63,491 bases of DNA, filler included, from Conidiobolus incongruus B7586 (GCA_000697335.1; 10 parts of 10 records of this genome joined end to end with filler, not necessarily neighbours in it), one strand, 5' to 3'; positions 1 to 13,908 are shown, counted from the first letter of the whole stretch. A program made the numbers and translations. The notes: generated from the sequence alone by a model not told the origin.

Positions 1-1139
1 TAATATATAAATATTAATGAATAATATAATATTAATAGCCTCTTTTATTTTTAATAAATTTCTTCTATACCTTTAGTAAGCTTATAATACCTAAAAATAA
101 TTTTTTTATTAAAGATTAAAATTTGATATTTTACAAACAAATTTAATTTATTTATGGGAATTTTTTCCAATAAGCTATTTTTTTAATTATCCAAAACAAT
201 TATAATTATAAAGGTTATAATTAAGTAAATATACTAGATATAGTAACTCTTTTTATTTTTTTCTATATAAAAAATCTTTTATAGCTTTAATTTTATATAT
301 TTTATAATTTTCATACAAAATAATAAATATCCTTATTTTATATTAAAAGCACTATTTAGAAAATATTTTATTTTAAAAAATAATATATAATTTATTATTA
401 ATTAATTTGTCTTAAGATATTAAATAAAATTACTATATATTATTATAATTTATTATAATAATTATCATTTATTTATATTTAAAGTATTTATTTATTAGAA
501 GTTATAGAAAAGATTAACTTAGTTTAATTTAACATCCTGTTTTATTTTTAACTAGAAGATTATATAAAGAAATCTAAGATTTAATAATTAAAAGTATTTA
601 TTTTAAAAAGCTTTGTTTTTAGTTATACCTTAATAAGTTTAGTTTAACTATAGCTATTTTAGTTTTTTTTTGGGTTTTTGTTAAATTATAAAATATCTAT
701 TATATATTTTTATTAATTAAACTAGGTTTAAGTTTAAATAAATAAAATATGCTTATATAATTAATATTGAATTATTTTGATAGTTTTTAAATAGAAATAA
801 AAGGATATTTCTTAATATATTATTTTATTTTACTAGTAAGTAAAAAAATAATAATAAAAATTAATCTTATAAACTTTACTAAATTTTAAATATTATCCCT
901 TTTAAAATTAAAATTATAAATTTAATATTATATAGTAGTTTTAGATAAAATATCATCTTTATAAGTTATTTACATGTTTTAGATAATATTAGAGGATTTA
1001 TAATTAAGTTTTAAAGATACAAAAATAAAATCATTTTGATAGTAACAATGTAGTTTAAATATAATTAAGTTTAAGTATAAATTTTAAAATTAAAATATTT
1101 TAATAAAAAAATATATAAAATTAAATATATATATATATA
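1..1139 (-). mobile_element. Degenerate mariner-like transposon (family A), partial
   Basis: Reverse complement aligns by eye with the full copy at 18081-19405. Cut by the window start and ends at the internal (TA)n tract where a Tc1-like end begins. Confidence 0.85.
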
Positions 1140-1380
1140 TATTAACCTATAAAAATAAGTTATAAAATTAAAAACACTTATATTTTTATTAATAACTTAA
1201 TTAATAATAAATAAAATAAACTTAAATTAAATAATTAAAATCTATTATATTAATTAATAATATATACCATTAAATGATAATATTTAGCTATTAATTGGTT
1301 AAAATATAAAACTTTAAATTTTACCTAAGGTAAGTTATAAATTTATAGGTTTTTAGTGATAAAAAAATTAAAACTTAGTG
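1140..1380 (-). mobile_element. Tc1-like element (family C) terminal fragment
   Basis: tattaacctataaaaataagttataaaattaaaaacacttata matches the TIR and subterminal region at 61934 onward. Truncated by an assembly gap. Confidence 0.8.
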
Positions 1381-1480
1381 NNNNNNNNNNNNNNNNNNNN
1401 NNNNNNNNNNNNNNNNNNNNNNNNTTAATTAATTAANNNNNNNNNNNNNNNNNNNNNNNNNNNNNNNNNNNNNNNNNNNN

Positions 1481-2699
1481 TATATATATATATATTATAT
1501 AGAAAAATAAATATTTTCAAACTATATATATTCAGTTTTAGTTATTTTTTTAATAAAATATTTTGATTTTAAAATTTATACTTAAATTTAATTATATTTT
1601 AATTAAATTATAATTATCAAAAGGCTTTTATTTTTATATCTTTAAAACTTAACTATAAATCCTTTAAAATCATTTAAAACTTATAATTAACTTATGAAGA
1701 TAGTGCTTTATCTAAAACTACCATATATTGCTAGATTTGTGATTTTAAAGCTAGAAAGGATATTATTCAAAATTTATTAAAATCTAAAAGATTAATTTTT
1801 ACTATTACTTTTTCACTTACTAATAGAGTAAAAAAATATATTAAGAAATACCCTTTTATTTTTGCTAGAGAACTATTAAAGCAATTTAATTTTAATTATA
1901 CAAGCATGTTATATTTATTTAAGTTTAAATTTAGATTAATTAATAAAAATATAAAATAGATTCCTTATAATTTAACAAAAGCCTAAAAAAAATTAGATTA
2001 GTTATAGCTAAACTAAACTTATTAAGGTATAACTAAAAACAAATATTTTTACAACAAATACTTATAATTAATAAATTTTAAATTCCTTTATATAATACTT
2101 TACTTAAAAATAAAACAAGATATTAGGTTAAGCTAAATTAATCCCTTTTATTAATTCTAATGAATAAGTATTTTAAATATAAGCAAAAATTAATTATTAT
2201 AATAGATTATAATGGTATATAGTTTTCTTATTTAATATCTCAAGGAAAATTAATTAATAGTAAGTTATATATTATTTTTTTAAATAAAATAATTTCTAAA
2301 TGATATTCTTAATATAAATTAAAGATATTTATTATTTTACATGATAATTACAAAATATATAAAGTTAAAGCTATAAAAGATTTTTTATATAAAAAAAATT
2401 AAAGGGAGTTACTATATCTAGTATATTCACTTGATTATAACCTATGTGATTATAATTGTTTTAAATAATTAAAAAAATAACTTATAAGAAATAAAATTCT
2501 TACAAATAAATTAAATTAGTTTGTGAAATATTAAATTTTAGTCTTTAATAAAAAGAAATGTTTTTGAGGTATTAGAAGCTTATCAAAAGTATAGAAAAAA
2601 GATATTAATAATAAAAGGTATTAGTTTTATATTATTTATTAATTTATTTATTTAATTTCAATCTTAAAATTATGCTATTACTTAATTTCTATACTAATA
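1481..2699 (+). mobile_element. Degenerate mariner-like transposon (family A), 5' end lost in gap
   Basis: Colinear with about 18165-19405. Relics of WVPHxL and YSPDYNPCDY motifs (tattcacttgattataacctatgtgattat). Right TIR ...ttaatttctatactaata. Confidence 0.88.
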
Positions 2700-2714
2700 A
2701 TTGAATTATGTTCT

Positions 2715-3046
2715 TTTTTTAAATAATATAAAAATATTTTTTTATTAGTATTATAATATATAATATTAAATTTAAATAAAATAAATAATGAATAAGATTT
2801 GAAATAATAATAAATAAACTTAATTCAAATAAATATTAAATTTTAAATATATTTTGAATAGTTTTTTTAATATTATTATATAAGTATAAAGATAATTTTT
2901 TTAATAAAATATAAAAGAAAATTTAATAAAAAAATAATTAAATATAAACTATACTAATATAATATAATATTGAAATAAACTTAAATTAAGCTTTAAATTA
3001 AAATAGGTTATTAATATATCAAGATTTATATTAGATAATATTAATA
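2715..3046 (-). mobile_element. Older, more heavily mutated inverted copy of the Gypsy LTR 3' half plus leader
   Basis: Reverse complement tattaatattatctaatataaatcttgatatattaataacctattt matches LTR 3266-3311. Reverse complement of 2721-2820 matches the leader at about 3510-3610. Confidence 0.7.
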
Positions 3047-3047
3047 T

Positions 3048-3445
3048 TGTTAAGAGACTAGTTCTCTAAATTCTTATATACACTTTCATATAATCTAATT
3101 AACTATAAATTATATGATTAATTTATACTTATATAGTTAAATTAATTGTATAAATAGTATTAAACTATCTAATAAACTAGGTTTTTTTTTTCTTCTCAAT
3201 TCTTACTATTTTTTACTTTCACACTATTTCTAAGATTGAGACTATATTCTGTTAATATTATAGGATATTAGCACTACCTAATATAAATCTTAATATATTA
3301 ATGACTCATCCTAGTTTGAAGCTTAATTAAACTTTATTTACACTTGCACACTATAGCCACATTATATTATTATATTCTATACCACACTACTTTTATATTA
3401 AGTTTTCCTCTATACTATATTAGTTTAACTACTACTATACTTACA
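3048..3445 (+). repeat. 5' LTR (398 bp)
   Basis: Starts TGTTAAGAG, ends CTTACA, followed by TGGTA. Homologous to 54981-55379 and 9139-9527. Confidence 0.92.
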
Positions 3446-6400
3446 TGGTAATAGTAAAAAAACTGTTAAAAAAAAACCTACTAGAAATTAATAACTACTT
3501 GTATCTAACCTATCTATTACTATTTTAAATTTTATTTATAATTTATTTCATTTAAATTTAACACTATACACTATAATACCACTAAAAAAGGAGATACCCT
3601 TATATTATTTTAATGATGGTAGCTTAATTACTGAGTGAATCTAAGACTTTAATCTTTAAGAGCTTACTACCCTCTAAGAAGCTTGTATTAGACAACTTTT
3701 GATTGAAAAAAACATGTCTTAAAGAGTTTAAATCTAATAAACCAGCTACTTCACTATTGTTAATGTATTAAACTATCTCTTTAGTATTTTTAAAGACAAA
3801 TTAACTATTTATAATAGCTTAAAAAACTTTTACAAGCTTGAAAACTACTTTAAAAACATGAAAAATTACCTTGATTTAATTCTTGATGAAGATTTAAAGA
3901 ATATCCTTAAATTAGCCACTTCTTTTTTAGAAAAATCTGCTTATACTTGGTGGTTAACTCATTACAAGCTTAATCTTAAAGAATCTTCAGGAGGATAACT
4001 TACTATAAAGATACAAACTTTTAAACAATTGGAAAAAGCTTTTAAAGAGAGGTATTACCCAAAAGATTAAGTTTGATTAGCAAGAGAAAAGCTTTCCTAG
4101 CTTAAATAAAAAACTTCTACAAGATAATTGATTGAGAAATTTAATGAGATATGCTTAAACATACTAAATATCACTGAAGAAGAATAAATCCACAAACTAT
4201 TATAATGCCTTAACCCTCAAATGAAACTCTAATTAGTTAGTAGGGAACACTTTGATAATATGTCTTTTTCTAACATTTGTGATATAGCAATTATAATTGA
4301 TAATATCTTTTACTCTATAACTAAATCTTCCCACCCTAAAAATTAATCTTTTAAACCTTACTCTAACCCACTTAAGTTTCAAATAATAGATGTTTCTGCT
4401 TTAAAGCTTCATGAGAAAACCTTTAATGAAGAAGCTAAAGCTTACTTGAGAATAAACAAAGGTTGTTATTACTGCTAAAAGACTTAAGTTAACTATAGAG
4501 TTAACAAATACCCTTTAAGGAAGCAAAATCTGTTTAATTCTCAACAATCTTAACCTACCAACCATAAATCAAACCTGAATAATATTAATATAACCTTAGA
4601 ATTACCCCTTTCACAATTAGTTAGTAAATTCTAATCTAATCCACAAAAGTTCTAATAAACCAATGATTCCACAAATCAAACTATATATACTAGAGAAATC
4701 CAACTGATTAAACCACTAGAAACTGGAAATATTCTAGTAACTAATCTACCTTGTGATTCTTTACCTTTAACTATCACCTTATTGTTTGTGTTAACTAGTT
4801 TTTTTATAGATACACCTGTTAGTGTTCTAATTAACTCTAATTGTTTTAGTTGTATTATCTCTTCTTTTATTGTTGTAAAGCTATCTTTACCTACCTAAAA
4901 AAGCAACTTAATAATTAAATATGCTAACAACTTAATAGAACAAGCATCTGGTACTGTATCTAAATACCTATTATTACCCCCTAACTACTCCCAATATATT
5001 AAATTCCTAGTTAACAACATTGGTTATAATTTCATACTAGGTTAAAATTAGTTTAAATATCACAGTTTTATATCTATAGATATTACCTTAGAAGGTTACA
5101 AATCTATCTCTTTTATATTCCAAAAGAAATTAGTAGAATTAATCTCAAAAAATCTATATTACCCTACTATAAAACCATTAAATACTTTACCTAACACTAA
5201 CTCTACAATTGTAACAAATAATTTTATTATTATAAGTAAAAATCAATGTAAAAAGCTAATCAAAAACCTAAATAATCTATAGGGATATGTATTTGTTTAT
5301 TATTCATCTATCAACACTTCATCTGTTGATTTTAATAAAGTTATATCTAATAACCACTTCCTATACAATACAGTAAGTTAATTTGCTAATGTTTTTAAAC
5401 TTGTGAATAGATTACCACTTAAACATAATATTAAACACAAAATTAAACTAATCCCTGGTACACAACCATACTTAAAACCTACTTACTATTTATCTCTTGA
5501 ACAATACTAAACCTTAAAAGAAGAAATCCAAAAACTACTTGAAAATAGGTACATTAAACTTTCTTCTTCACCATAAAAATCTCTAATCCTCTTTATATAA
5601 AAGGCTGATGGTGGTTAGAGACTATATATTGATAACTGTGTTTTAAACTCTAAAACTATCAAGGATAAAACTTTATTACTAAACCTATATGATGTTAGGG
5701 ATAAACTACTTAGATCAACTATATTTACCAAACTAGATGTTAAGAATAGATATTACAACATTAGAGTTAAAGAAAACTCTATCCCTTTAACTGTTTTCAA
5801 CACTCTTTTAAACCACTATAAATTTATTGTTATAAACTTTAAATTGTGTAATGCTCTTGTAACTTTCACTAAATTTATCAATTCCCTTTTTAACCTTGTT
5901 TTTAATAACTTTGTTATCACCTACCTTGATAATATCTTAATCCATTCAAAAACTAAAGAAGAATATATTTAACATGTTAATTAGGTTTTACAAATTATTC
6001 AAGAACATAAATTACCTTTGAAACTATCAAAATGTATCTTTAGTACCTCTTCTATCTTTTTTTGTGGTTATATTGTTTCCTCTTAAAGAATTAGTATTGA
6101 TCTAACTAAACTCAATGGTGTTAAAGCCTTTACTATACTTATAAACAAAGATTAGCTTATGTTTGTACTTGGATTATTAAATTACTTTAAAGATTTCATT
6201 GATTCTTTTATTGAACTTACTACTCCTCTTACTGATTTCTTGAAGAAAGACTCTTTATTTAAATAAACCCCACTACACACTTTCTGTATAAATGCTTTAA
6301 TTTTCTATATTACCAATGCTCTTGCTTTATCTATCTTTAATCTAAAACTACCTACCATTATTTTTACTGACTCTAGTTCTTTAACAATTAGTAGATAGTT

Positions 6401-7359
6401 AGCCTAGTTTGAATTTAATTTATATTTTACCCTACAACTATAAGATAAAATAATAAATAGGGGAGAATAGGTTGAGTTTAACTTTACAAATATTACTTTA
6501 AAACTAATAACATTCTGGTTAAGAAAAATGAAACCAGCTGAATTAAAATACCTAGTCTATAAATAAAAACTTTTTGCTTTAGTAGAAATAATCAAAAATC
6601 ACTTATATTTCTTATCTTGCAACTTTTTCTTAGCACTTACAAATTACAAATCACTTATCTACTTAAATACTCAGAAGCATTTATTAAGAAGATAAGTTAG
6701 ATAGATTAAAACTATCCAAGCTTACCTTTTCTTTATTTAATATCTCTTAGGTTAATAGAACTATGTTGTAGATACTTTGTTAAGAAATCTTACATACTTA
6801 CCCTTTTGTTCTAATTGTAAAAATCCAGCAAATATTAATTCAATGATTATTAATGAAGGAAATAAAGAATTTATTAAACTACTTTAAGAAACACTGCTAA
6901 ATAATAATTTCTTTATTTTAGTTAAAGAAGAACTCTCTAAACCATTAGAAAACCAACTAAAATATGTCAAAAGATTTAAAATGATCAATAACTTACTATA
7001 CTATGATAATTATCTATATATTCCTAACATTCCCAAGATTTAACAAATAATATTTGATGAATACCATAACTTACCTGTTAGAGAACATCAAAACTAGTTA
7101 AAGATTGCTGAGAGAATTAAAATAAAGTACTACTAGCTTTCCCTAGTTAAATTAGTTTAGAAATACACTAATACCTGTGATATATGCTAAAGAACTAAAT
7201 ATAATACTCAACTAAAATATAGTAAACTTATTCCCCTATAAATCCCTAATGAAACTTAGCAACAAATCTAGCTTGATTTCATAGAAATCCCTAAATCAAC
7301 AAATGGTTATGATAACTTACTGATTACAATTGATTCATTTTCTAAATATGTTTATTTTA
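3048..7359 (+). mobile_element. Ty3/Gypsy LTR retrotransposon, hypermutated, 3' part lost in gap
   Basis: 5' LTR TG..CA followed by PBS-like TGGTA (3446). Gag Zn-knuckle relic GCYYC*KT*VNYRVNKYP (~4460), protease VLINSN (from VLIDSG, ~4825), RT YLDNILIHS (from YLDD, 5922), RNase H IFTDSS/TNYKSL/NYVVDTLLR, integrase EYHN..EHQ..CDIC and LDFI. PR-RT-RH-IN order is diagnostic of Ty3/Gypsy. Confidence 0.95.
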
Positions 7360-7701
7360 NNNNNNNNNNNNNNNNNNNNNNNNNNNNNNNNNNNNNNNNN
7401 NNNTTAATTAATTAANNNNNNNNNNNNNNNNNNNNNNNNNNNNNNNNNNNNNNNNNNNNATTTTTAAAATTATACTTATTCCCAGGTTTATATAATTAAT
7501 TAATATTATTTATAATATATCCTTATATTATTTTAAATTAAAAAAAAATTCTAATTTTTGATTTTTCTATTATATTATTAATTTCAAATAATATAATATA
7601 TTAATAATAAATAAAAAAATATAAAGACATATATTATTTATATAAATATACTATTTATGAAATAAATAAATTAATATCAAAAATTTATTATAGAATTTAT
7701 A

Positions 7702-9023
7702 TATTATTTTGTATTTTTAATAATGGGAATTTTTTGCAATTCAAAATAAATAAATATTTTAATATATGATATATAAAAATAGGTATATAATATAAATTTA
7801 ATAGTTTTTTTTATTATTAATAATTTTTTGCTATATTTTTGGCAAACTTCTAACACCTAAAAAACAGTTCTTTTTATTAAGGACTAAAATTTGATATTTC
7901 ACAAACCAATTAAATTTTCCTGTAGAAATTTTCTTTCCTGCAAGCTGGTTTTTTAATTACCTAAAGCAATTATAATCACATAGGTTATAATCAAAGGAAT
8001 ATACTAGATGTGGTAGTTTTTTCCAGTTATTTTTAATTAGAAAGTTTTTTATAGCTTTAGATTTATGTATTTTACAATTATAATACAAAATAATAGGTTT
8101 TCTCAAATTATATTGAGAACACCAATTAAAAATACTTTTATTTAAAAAAACAATATATAGTTTACTATTAATTGATTTTCCTTCAGGAACTAAATAAGAA
8201 TAACATATATCATTATAATCTATTGTAATAATTAACATTCACTTATTAACAAAATGCTTATTTAAAGGGATTTGTGGAGGGGGTTGATTTAGCTTAATCT
8301 AGCATCTTGATTTGTGTTTTGGTAAAGGATTATACATAAGGATCTAAGATTCATCAATTGTAATTATTTGTTGTAAAATTCTAGGCTTTTAGTAATATTT
8401 CAATAGGTTTTGTTTAGCAATAGCTACTCTAGCTTTTTTTAAGCTTTAGTTAAATTATAAGGTACCTATTTTACATTTTTATTTATTAATTTTAGTTTAA
8501 ACTTTAAAATATATTAAATACTTATAAGACTAATATTAAAGTGCTTAGATAATTTTTTAACTGAAATAAAAAGGTGCTTTTAAATATATTCTTTCACTCT
8601 ATTAATAGTTCAAAAAATAATAGTTAAAGTTAATTTTCTAAATTTTAGCAAATTTTAAATAATTTCTTTTCTAGCTTTAAAATAATTTAACTAGTAATAA
8701 ATTGTTAATTTAAATAATAATTCATTATCAAAAGCTGATTATAAATTTTAGATATTTTTAAAGGGTTTATGGTTAAGTTTTATTGATACTAAAATAAAAA
8801 ACCTTTGATGATAACTAATTAATTTAAACATAATTAAATTAAACTATTAATTTTAAAAAATTAATTTTTTAATCAAAAAAATTATTATATATATATATAT
8901 ATATATATTTTAAGAATATTTAATTTCCTATTAACTTTGTAATATTTATTTATTTCAAATTAATAATATATTTGAAAAATTAGAAATTAAAAAATTTCCC
9001 CTTATTTCAAATTCAAGGTAATA
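7702..9023 (-). mobile_element. Full-length degenerate mariner-like transposon (family B)
   Basis: Both imperfect TIRs with TA ends. ORF 7957-8238 retains KLPHLVYSFDYNLCDYNCF, a relic of the mariner YSPDxxPxDY motif. Confidence 0.88.
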
Positions 9024-9138
9024 GTAAANNNNNNNNNNNNNNNNNNNNNNNNNNNNNNNNNNNNNNNNNNNNTTAATTAATTAANNNNNNNNNNNNNNNN
9101 NNNNNNNNNNNNNNNNNNNNNNNNNNNNATATTATTAT

Positions 9139-9527
9139 TATTAAAAGACTAGTTTTTTAAATTCTTATATATATTTCTATATAACTTAATTAAATATCAA
9201 TTATATAGTTAATTTATACTTTTATAACTAAATTAATTATATAAATAATATAAAATCATCTAATAAACTTAGTTTATCTTTTTCTTTTCAGTTCTTACTA
9301 TTCTTTAATATTATATTACTTTTAAAATTAAAACTATATTTTGTCAATATTATAGTATATTGGTATTACCTAATATAAATCTTAATATATTGATGACTTA
9401 TCTTAGTTCAGAGCTTAATTACACTTTGTTTACCTTCCCACACTATATTACAATGTTTTTATGCCATATTACTTTTATATTAAGTCTCTCTCTATATTAT
9501 ATCAATATTTTTAATATTATACATATA
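9139..9527 (+). repeat. Diverged LTR copy, probably a solo LTR
   Basis: Colinear with 3048-3445, terminal TG mutated to TA. No purine tract in the 10 nt visible before it and no PBS after it. End approximate. Confidence 0.75.
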
Positions 9528-12500
9528 GTTATTTAAGTTGAATTTTATTAAAATATTAGATTTATTAACTTTATAGATATAAATTATCTTTAAATAAATA
9601 TATTAAAAGCTTTTTTATTCAATATATCATCTTATTTAATTATACTTTTAAACTTTACCTATTATAAATATTTTATTTAAAACAAGTGATTAGGTTAAAT
9701 GTATTAGATATTAAAAAATAATTCATTCTAATGAACTATATAAGTTTTTTTAAATTCAAACAAATTCTTAAAATATTGAGTTAATTTTTTTTAAAATTAA
9801 ATATAAGAGAAATTAATTAGAAAAATAATAATATTAATATATTAAATAATTTAAAAAAACAATATAATTTAATAAGAAAAATAAATATTATAACTCATAG
9901 CTTAATTGTTATTAAAATAATATAATATTATATAAAATAATTCAAAATTGAATCCTAAAATAAATTAAGCATTCAAATGTCAAATCAATTATATATACTC
10001 TTATATTATAATTATATTATTATGAAAATTTAATTATATATGATATTTGAGATTTGTATTAATTAAACAGCTAATATTTATATAGATATATATTTAATAA
10101 ATTTAGTTTATAATGTGTGAAATATAAAGGTAATATATATTTCAATCAATATTATACTAATAAATTTTCTGAATTTTAGAACTTTTACATAATATTTTTA
10201 ATATCTTTTTTCTTAAATTTTTATATTATTATTTTAATATAATAAAATTATATATTATCATATATTATAATATATCAACTTTATATATATTTTATATTTT
10301 TAATAACTAATAATAAATGTTTCTCTTATTTTTTGAAAGCAATCTTGGTTTCAAAAGTATTTTTTAAATCAATAATAAATATATTTTTTCAAATTATATT
10401 GTCTTATCAGCTTATAATAATTTTAAAAAATCTAATATCAATATTAACAAATAAGGTTGAAATTATTAAATGATTCAATTAGTCAGGCATATAGATAGAA
10501 GCTGGGACTTGACGACAAAAGTAGATATACTTGTATTTGGAAATTAAGTATCAGACAATAAATGAAAAACAATATATCAAGTTGACTGCCTGAATTTCAT
10601 TAAAGTTTGGATAGAAATCTCAATTTGAGAATTTGATAATTTGCAAAAAAACTTAACAATATTAGATATTTAATAAATTAAATCCCAGATTTAGAAAATA
10701 AAAATTTTGAGTATAAAGCTATTATTATAATTTATAAACAATATAATATATTTAACTATTTAGAACTTAATTTTCATAAATTCAAAATTATTCAAAATTG
10801 GTTAAATATTTCAAGAATATTTGATTTTATATATCTAATAAATAAATAATAATAATCAGGGTATTAATGTACTTGTTTATAGCAAAATAGGTGAAACTCA
10901 TCTTATAATCAACACATTAAATAAACACCTAACAAGTGCGAAAGATATAGTAAATATCACATAGTAAAGCTAAAGAAGCAAAAAATATAATTAAATGTTG
11001 GCAAATATTGAATTTAATAAAAGATTAGGTAAAATTCAAAAAATAAATTTTTATAATCAAATATAATAAAATTTTGTTCATATATTTTATCTTAATCGAA
11101 TATTTTAATTATACTTCAGATACTATATTATAGTAGAAAATACAATATAGTTTTAATATAAAATAATCTGATCTAAGTTCATTCAACCTAAATAATATAT
11201 ATAGATGAAATTTTTACACGTATCATCGTTTTTATTCAAACCCAGCTTAATTTTTTAATTTGAAATTACACAGAATTCATTGAAAATTTGATTAATAATT
11301 TTTAATATCTATTATAATTTGATGATTCTTCAAGATATTTATTTATGATATCAATACAATAAAATTTATACTCATTACATAGTCATTACTTTCAAATATT
11401 GAAAATATAAATTATTTCAAATAGTTTGAAAATTGTCAATTTTATAATTTAATATATCAATTTTCAAATATATCTTTCTTTGCAAAACATTAATAAAAAC
11501 AGTCAAAAAGTGAGGTCAAAGGTTTTGAAATATATTGATAATGTTAGTTTATCCCCCAATTCTTTTGAAAATAAATCCAATATATTTTTGAATTGATAAA
11601 TGTATTTTAATTGTGAAATATCAGTTTAATCAATATTATTGGTCATATTCCAAAAGTAATTAAGAAAGGTTTAAATGAAATTTATCCATGCTTCATATTA
11701 CATATCACAACTGCCAATGTGTTATGTTGCAATCAACTGATATTTAAAAAATGAATTGAACGCAAAAGATATATAAGCATCTAAAAGAAAATATAGTGAA
11801 ATTATAGAGCCAAGACCATTTATAAAGTTTATAGGATAATACAACATAATAGTTCCAATATTGGGTGAGTAATTAACAGTGCTTTTTAAATCAATTATAA
11901 TATCAAGTTGCATAATTATGTCTCTATAGCACCATTAGAATCAATTATTTAAAATATCTTTGATTAAATGTAAGCTAATTTGTATCTTTATATTAACAAT
12001 CGATATATATTGTGACAGCAGCGATAGAAAATTCGTTTGAGAAGGTAATTTAATATAAAACACTATAATCAAGTCATCTACATTGCCACTCGAATTTCTA
12101 GACTGTTAAATATATTATTTTGACTACAATTCTTTATGATTCAACCATAATATCACAAATTTTAGGTGATATATCAGCTTTATTCGCATTCTTTAGTGTT
12201 TATAATGTTAAATCTCAAAGTATGTTTGTATTTCTCTAATATTTCTTGTCATGTTAAATAAATGCCATTATTAAATTAGTCAAAATACTAAATCATAAAA
12301 AATCTTCTAATTTAGTACAAAGTAATATATAAAACAACAGATACTATTAAAAACTTTAAGAAAGTTTATAATATAACTTATCAACAATTTTTATTGGTTA
12401 AATCTATTAAAATAACGCAAATTTGGTTATACATTTCATCTAATTAATCAATTCAATATTTAACATATCTAGTTGAAATTATCGATCAAGATATACATCA

Positions 12501-13596
12501 TTAATTCTCCATTCTATTAAATTCTAATGTTACTCAAACTTCAAAGTAAATATATTATAGTAGCAGAAATGAAATTCATGAACTTCATAGTTTTTTAAAT
12601 TACGTTAACTTACAGCACTGTTCAACACATGTTTATAATATGAAAAATTTTTACAAGCTAAAATTAAATTTTGAATTTTAATCATAATAGTTTTTATTAA
12701 CATCATTTTTGAATATATTTTATAAAGATTTCACTTTTCAAATAATATATATATATTCACTAGTTTCAAAAAAATACTCTTTTTATTTATAACAAAAAAT
12801 ATTTAAATAATGATTCAAATTTATTCCTGGTAATAAGTAGGATTAAATTTAAATTATGAAATATATTACAATTTTAAATAAAATTTTAATATAATTAAAA
12901 CAAATAAAAAACTCTAATTACCTAAAGGGTAAATCTTACTTTATTAAGTTTTCAATTCAAGTGTTAATAAAAATTGAGGTTTTTTATTTATTTATTTTAA
13001 TAATTAATTATTTAAGAAATCCCGATATTAGGTATAAAGTTTAATTTTAATCTATTACCAATTAAAAACTATTCATAAAAATGTCATATTATAACATGAT
13101 ATAGTTATATCAACAATTTTAATGAAATATTAATTATTTTAATTCAAATATTATAATATAAATAAAACACTATTCTTTTAATTAATAAATTTAAATAAAG
13201 AATATGAATTAATTATGATATTAGGATTTTATTAAAATTTAAAAAATTACTAAAATTTAAAGGTGAAAAGAAGAAAAGAATAAGATGATTTGATTTGATT
13301 TAATTTAATTTAATTTAATTTAATAAAAAGAAACTTAATAAAAAATTCATTTAAAATATATATTAATTGATTATTTAAATAATTTATTAAAATATCAATT
13401 ATATTTGGATACATTGATTAGTTAAATTATTAATTAACCAGCCCGATTTTTCAAAAATCAGGAAATTCAAAAATTGTTTTGTCAAAAATTAACTTGATGA
13501 AGATAATTAGTGATTGCACTAAGTCTTCTAGAGTTAGTATTCCTTAGAAGGGGTTTTAGATGGAGGTTAGAAAGCTTCAACATGATCGAACGAAGA

Positions 13597-13908
13597 TTAT
13601 GATTTAGCGAGATTTGGTGTCAATGTTAAATATTTGGTTACATCATCTTGGAGCATTTTGTCAAATTCACTGTCTTCTTCACTCTCTTCAGAGTTGATCT
13701 CAATATGTTTTGGTGTTGTATGATGACAGTTAGCGATTTTGTTGATTACATTGAGACTAGACATAGACATTCTCCTGATATAGTTCCCAATATTAGGAAT
13801 GGGAGAGTGAAGGTGAGCATGGAAATCAGTAGTGGTGAGTTGGCAGGAAGAACGAGATTGGGGCATTATATTAGGAATAGAAGGTCTCTTGGCTGATTTG
13901 TGAGACAT
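13597..13908 (-). CDS. Small hypothetical protein (103 aa) with acidic patch and C-terminal FDxML..T..LTLTP motif
   Basis: Intact ATG ORF in a locally GC-richer, CpG-retaining island. TATAAATA about 60 nt upstream on the minus strand (13963-13970). Confidence 0.65.
   Translation of the reverse strand: MSHKSAKRPSIPNIMPQSRSSCQLTTTDFHAHLHSPIPNIGNYIRRMSMSSLNVINKIANCHHTTPKHIEINSEESEEDSEFDKMLQDDVTKYLTLTPNLAKS

Noticed and set aside
1381..1480. Palindrome TTAATTAATTAA centred in N runs, recurring nine times (1381, 7360, 9029, 21197, 22664, 24165, 54847, 57099, 59974)
   Set aside because: Artificial 100-nt scaffold spacer carrying stop codons in all six frames. Not biological.
11722..11913. Short AT-rich ORFs (11722-11913, 14690-14908, 18013-18216, 42153-42359, 45124-45417) and antisense ORF 13648-13896
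   Set aside because: I/N/K/F/Y-biased translations expected by chance at this AT content. Several lack ATG starts, one lies in a mariner end, and no splice model was found.
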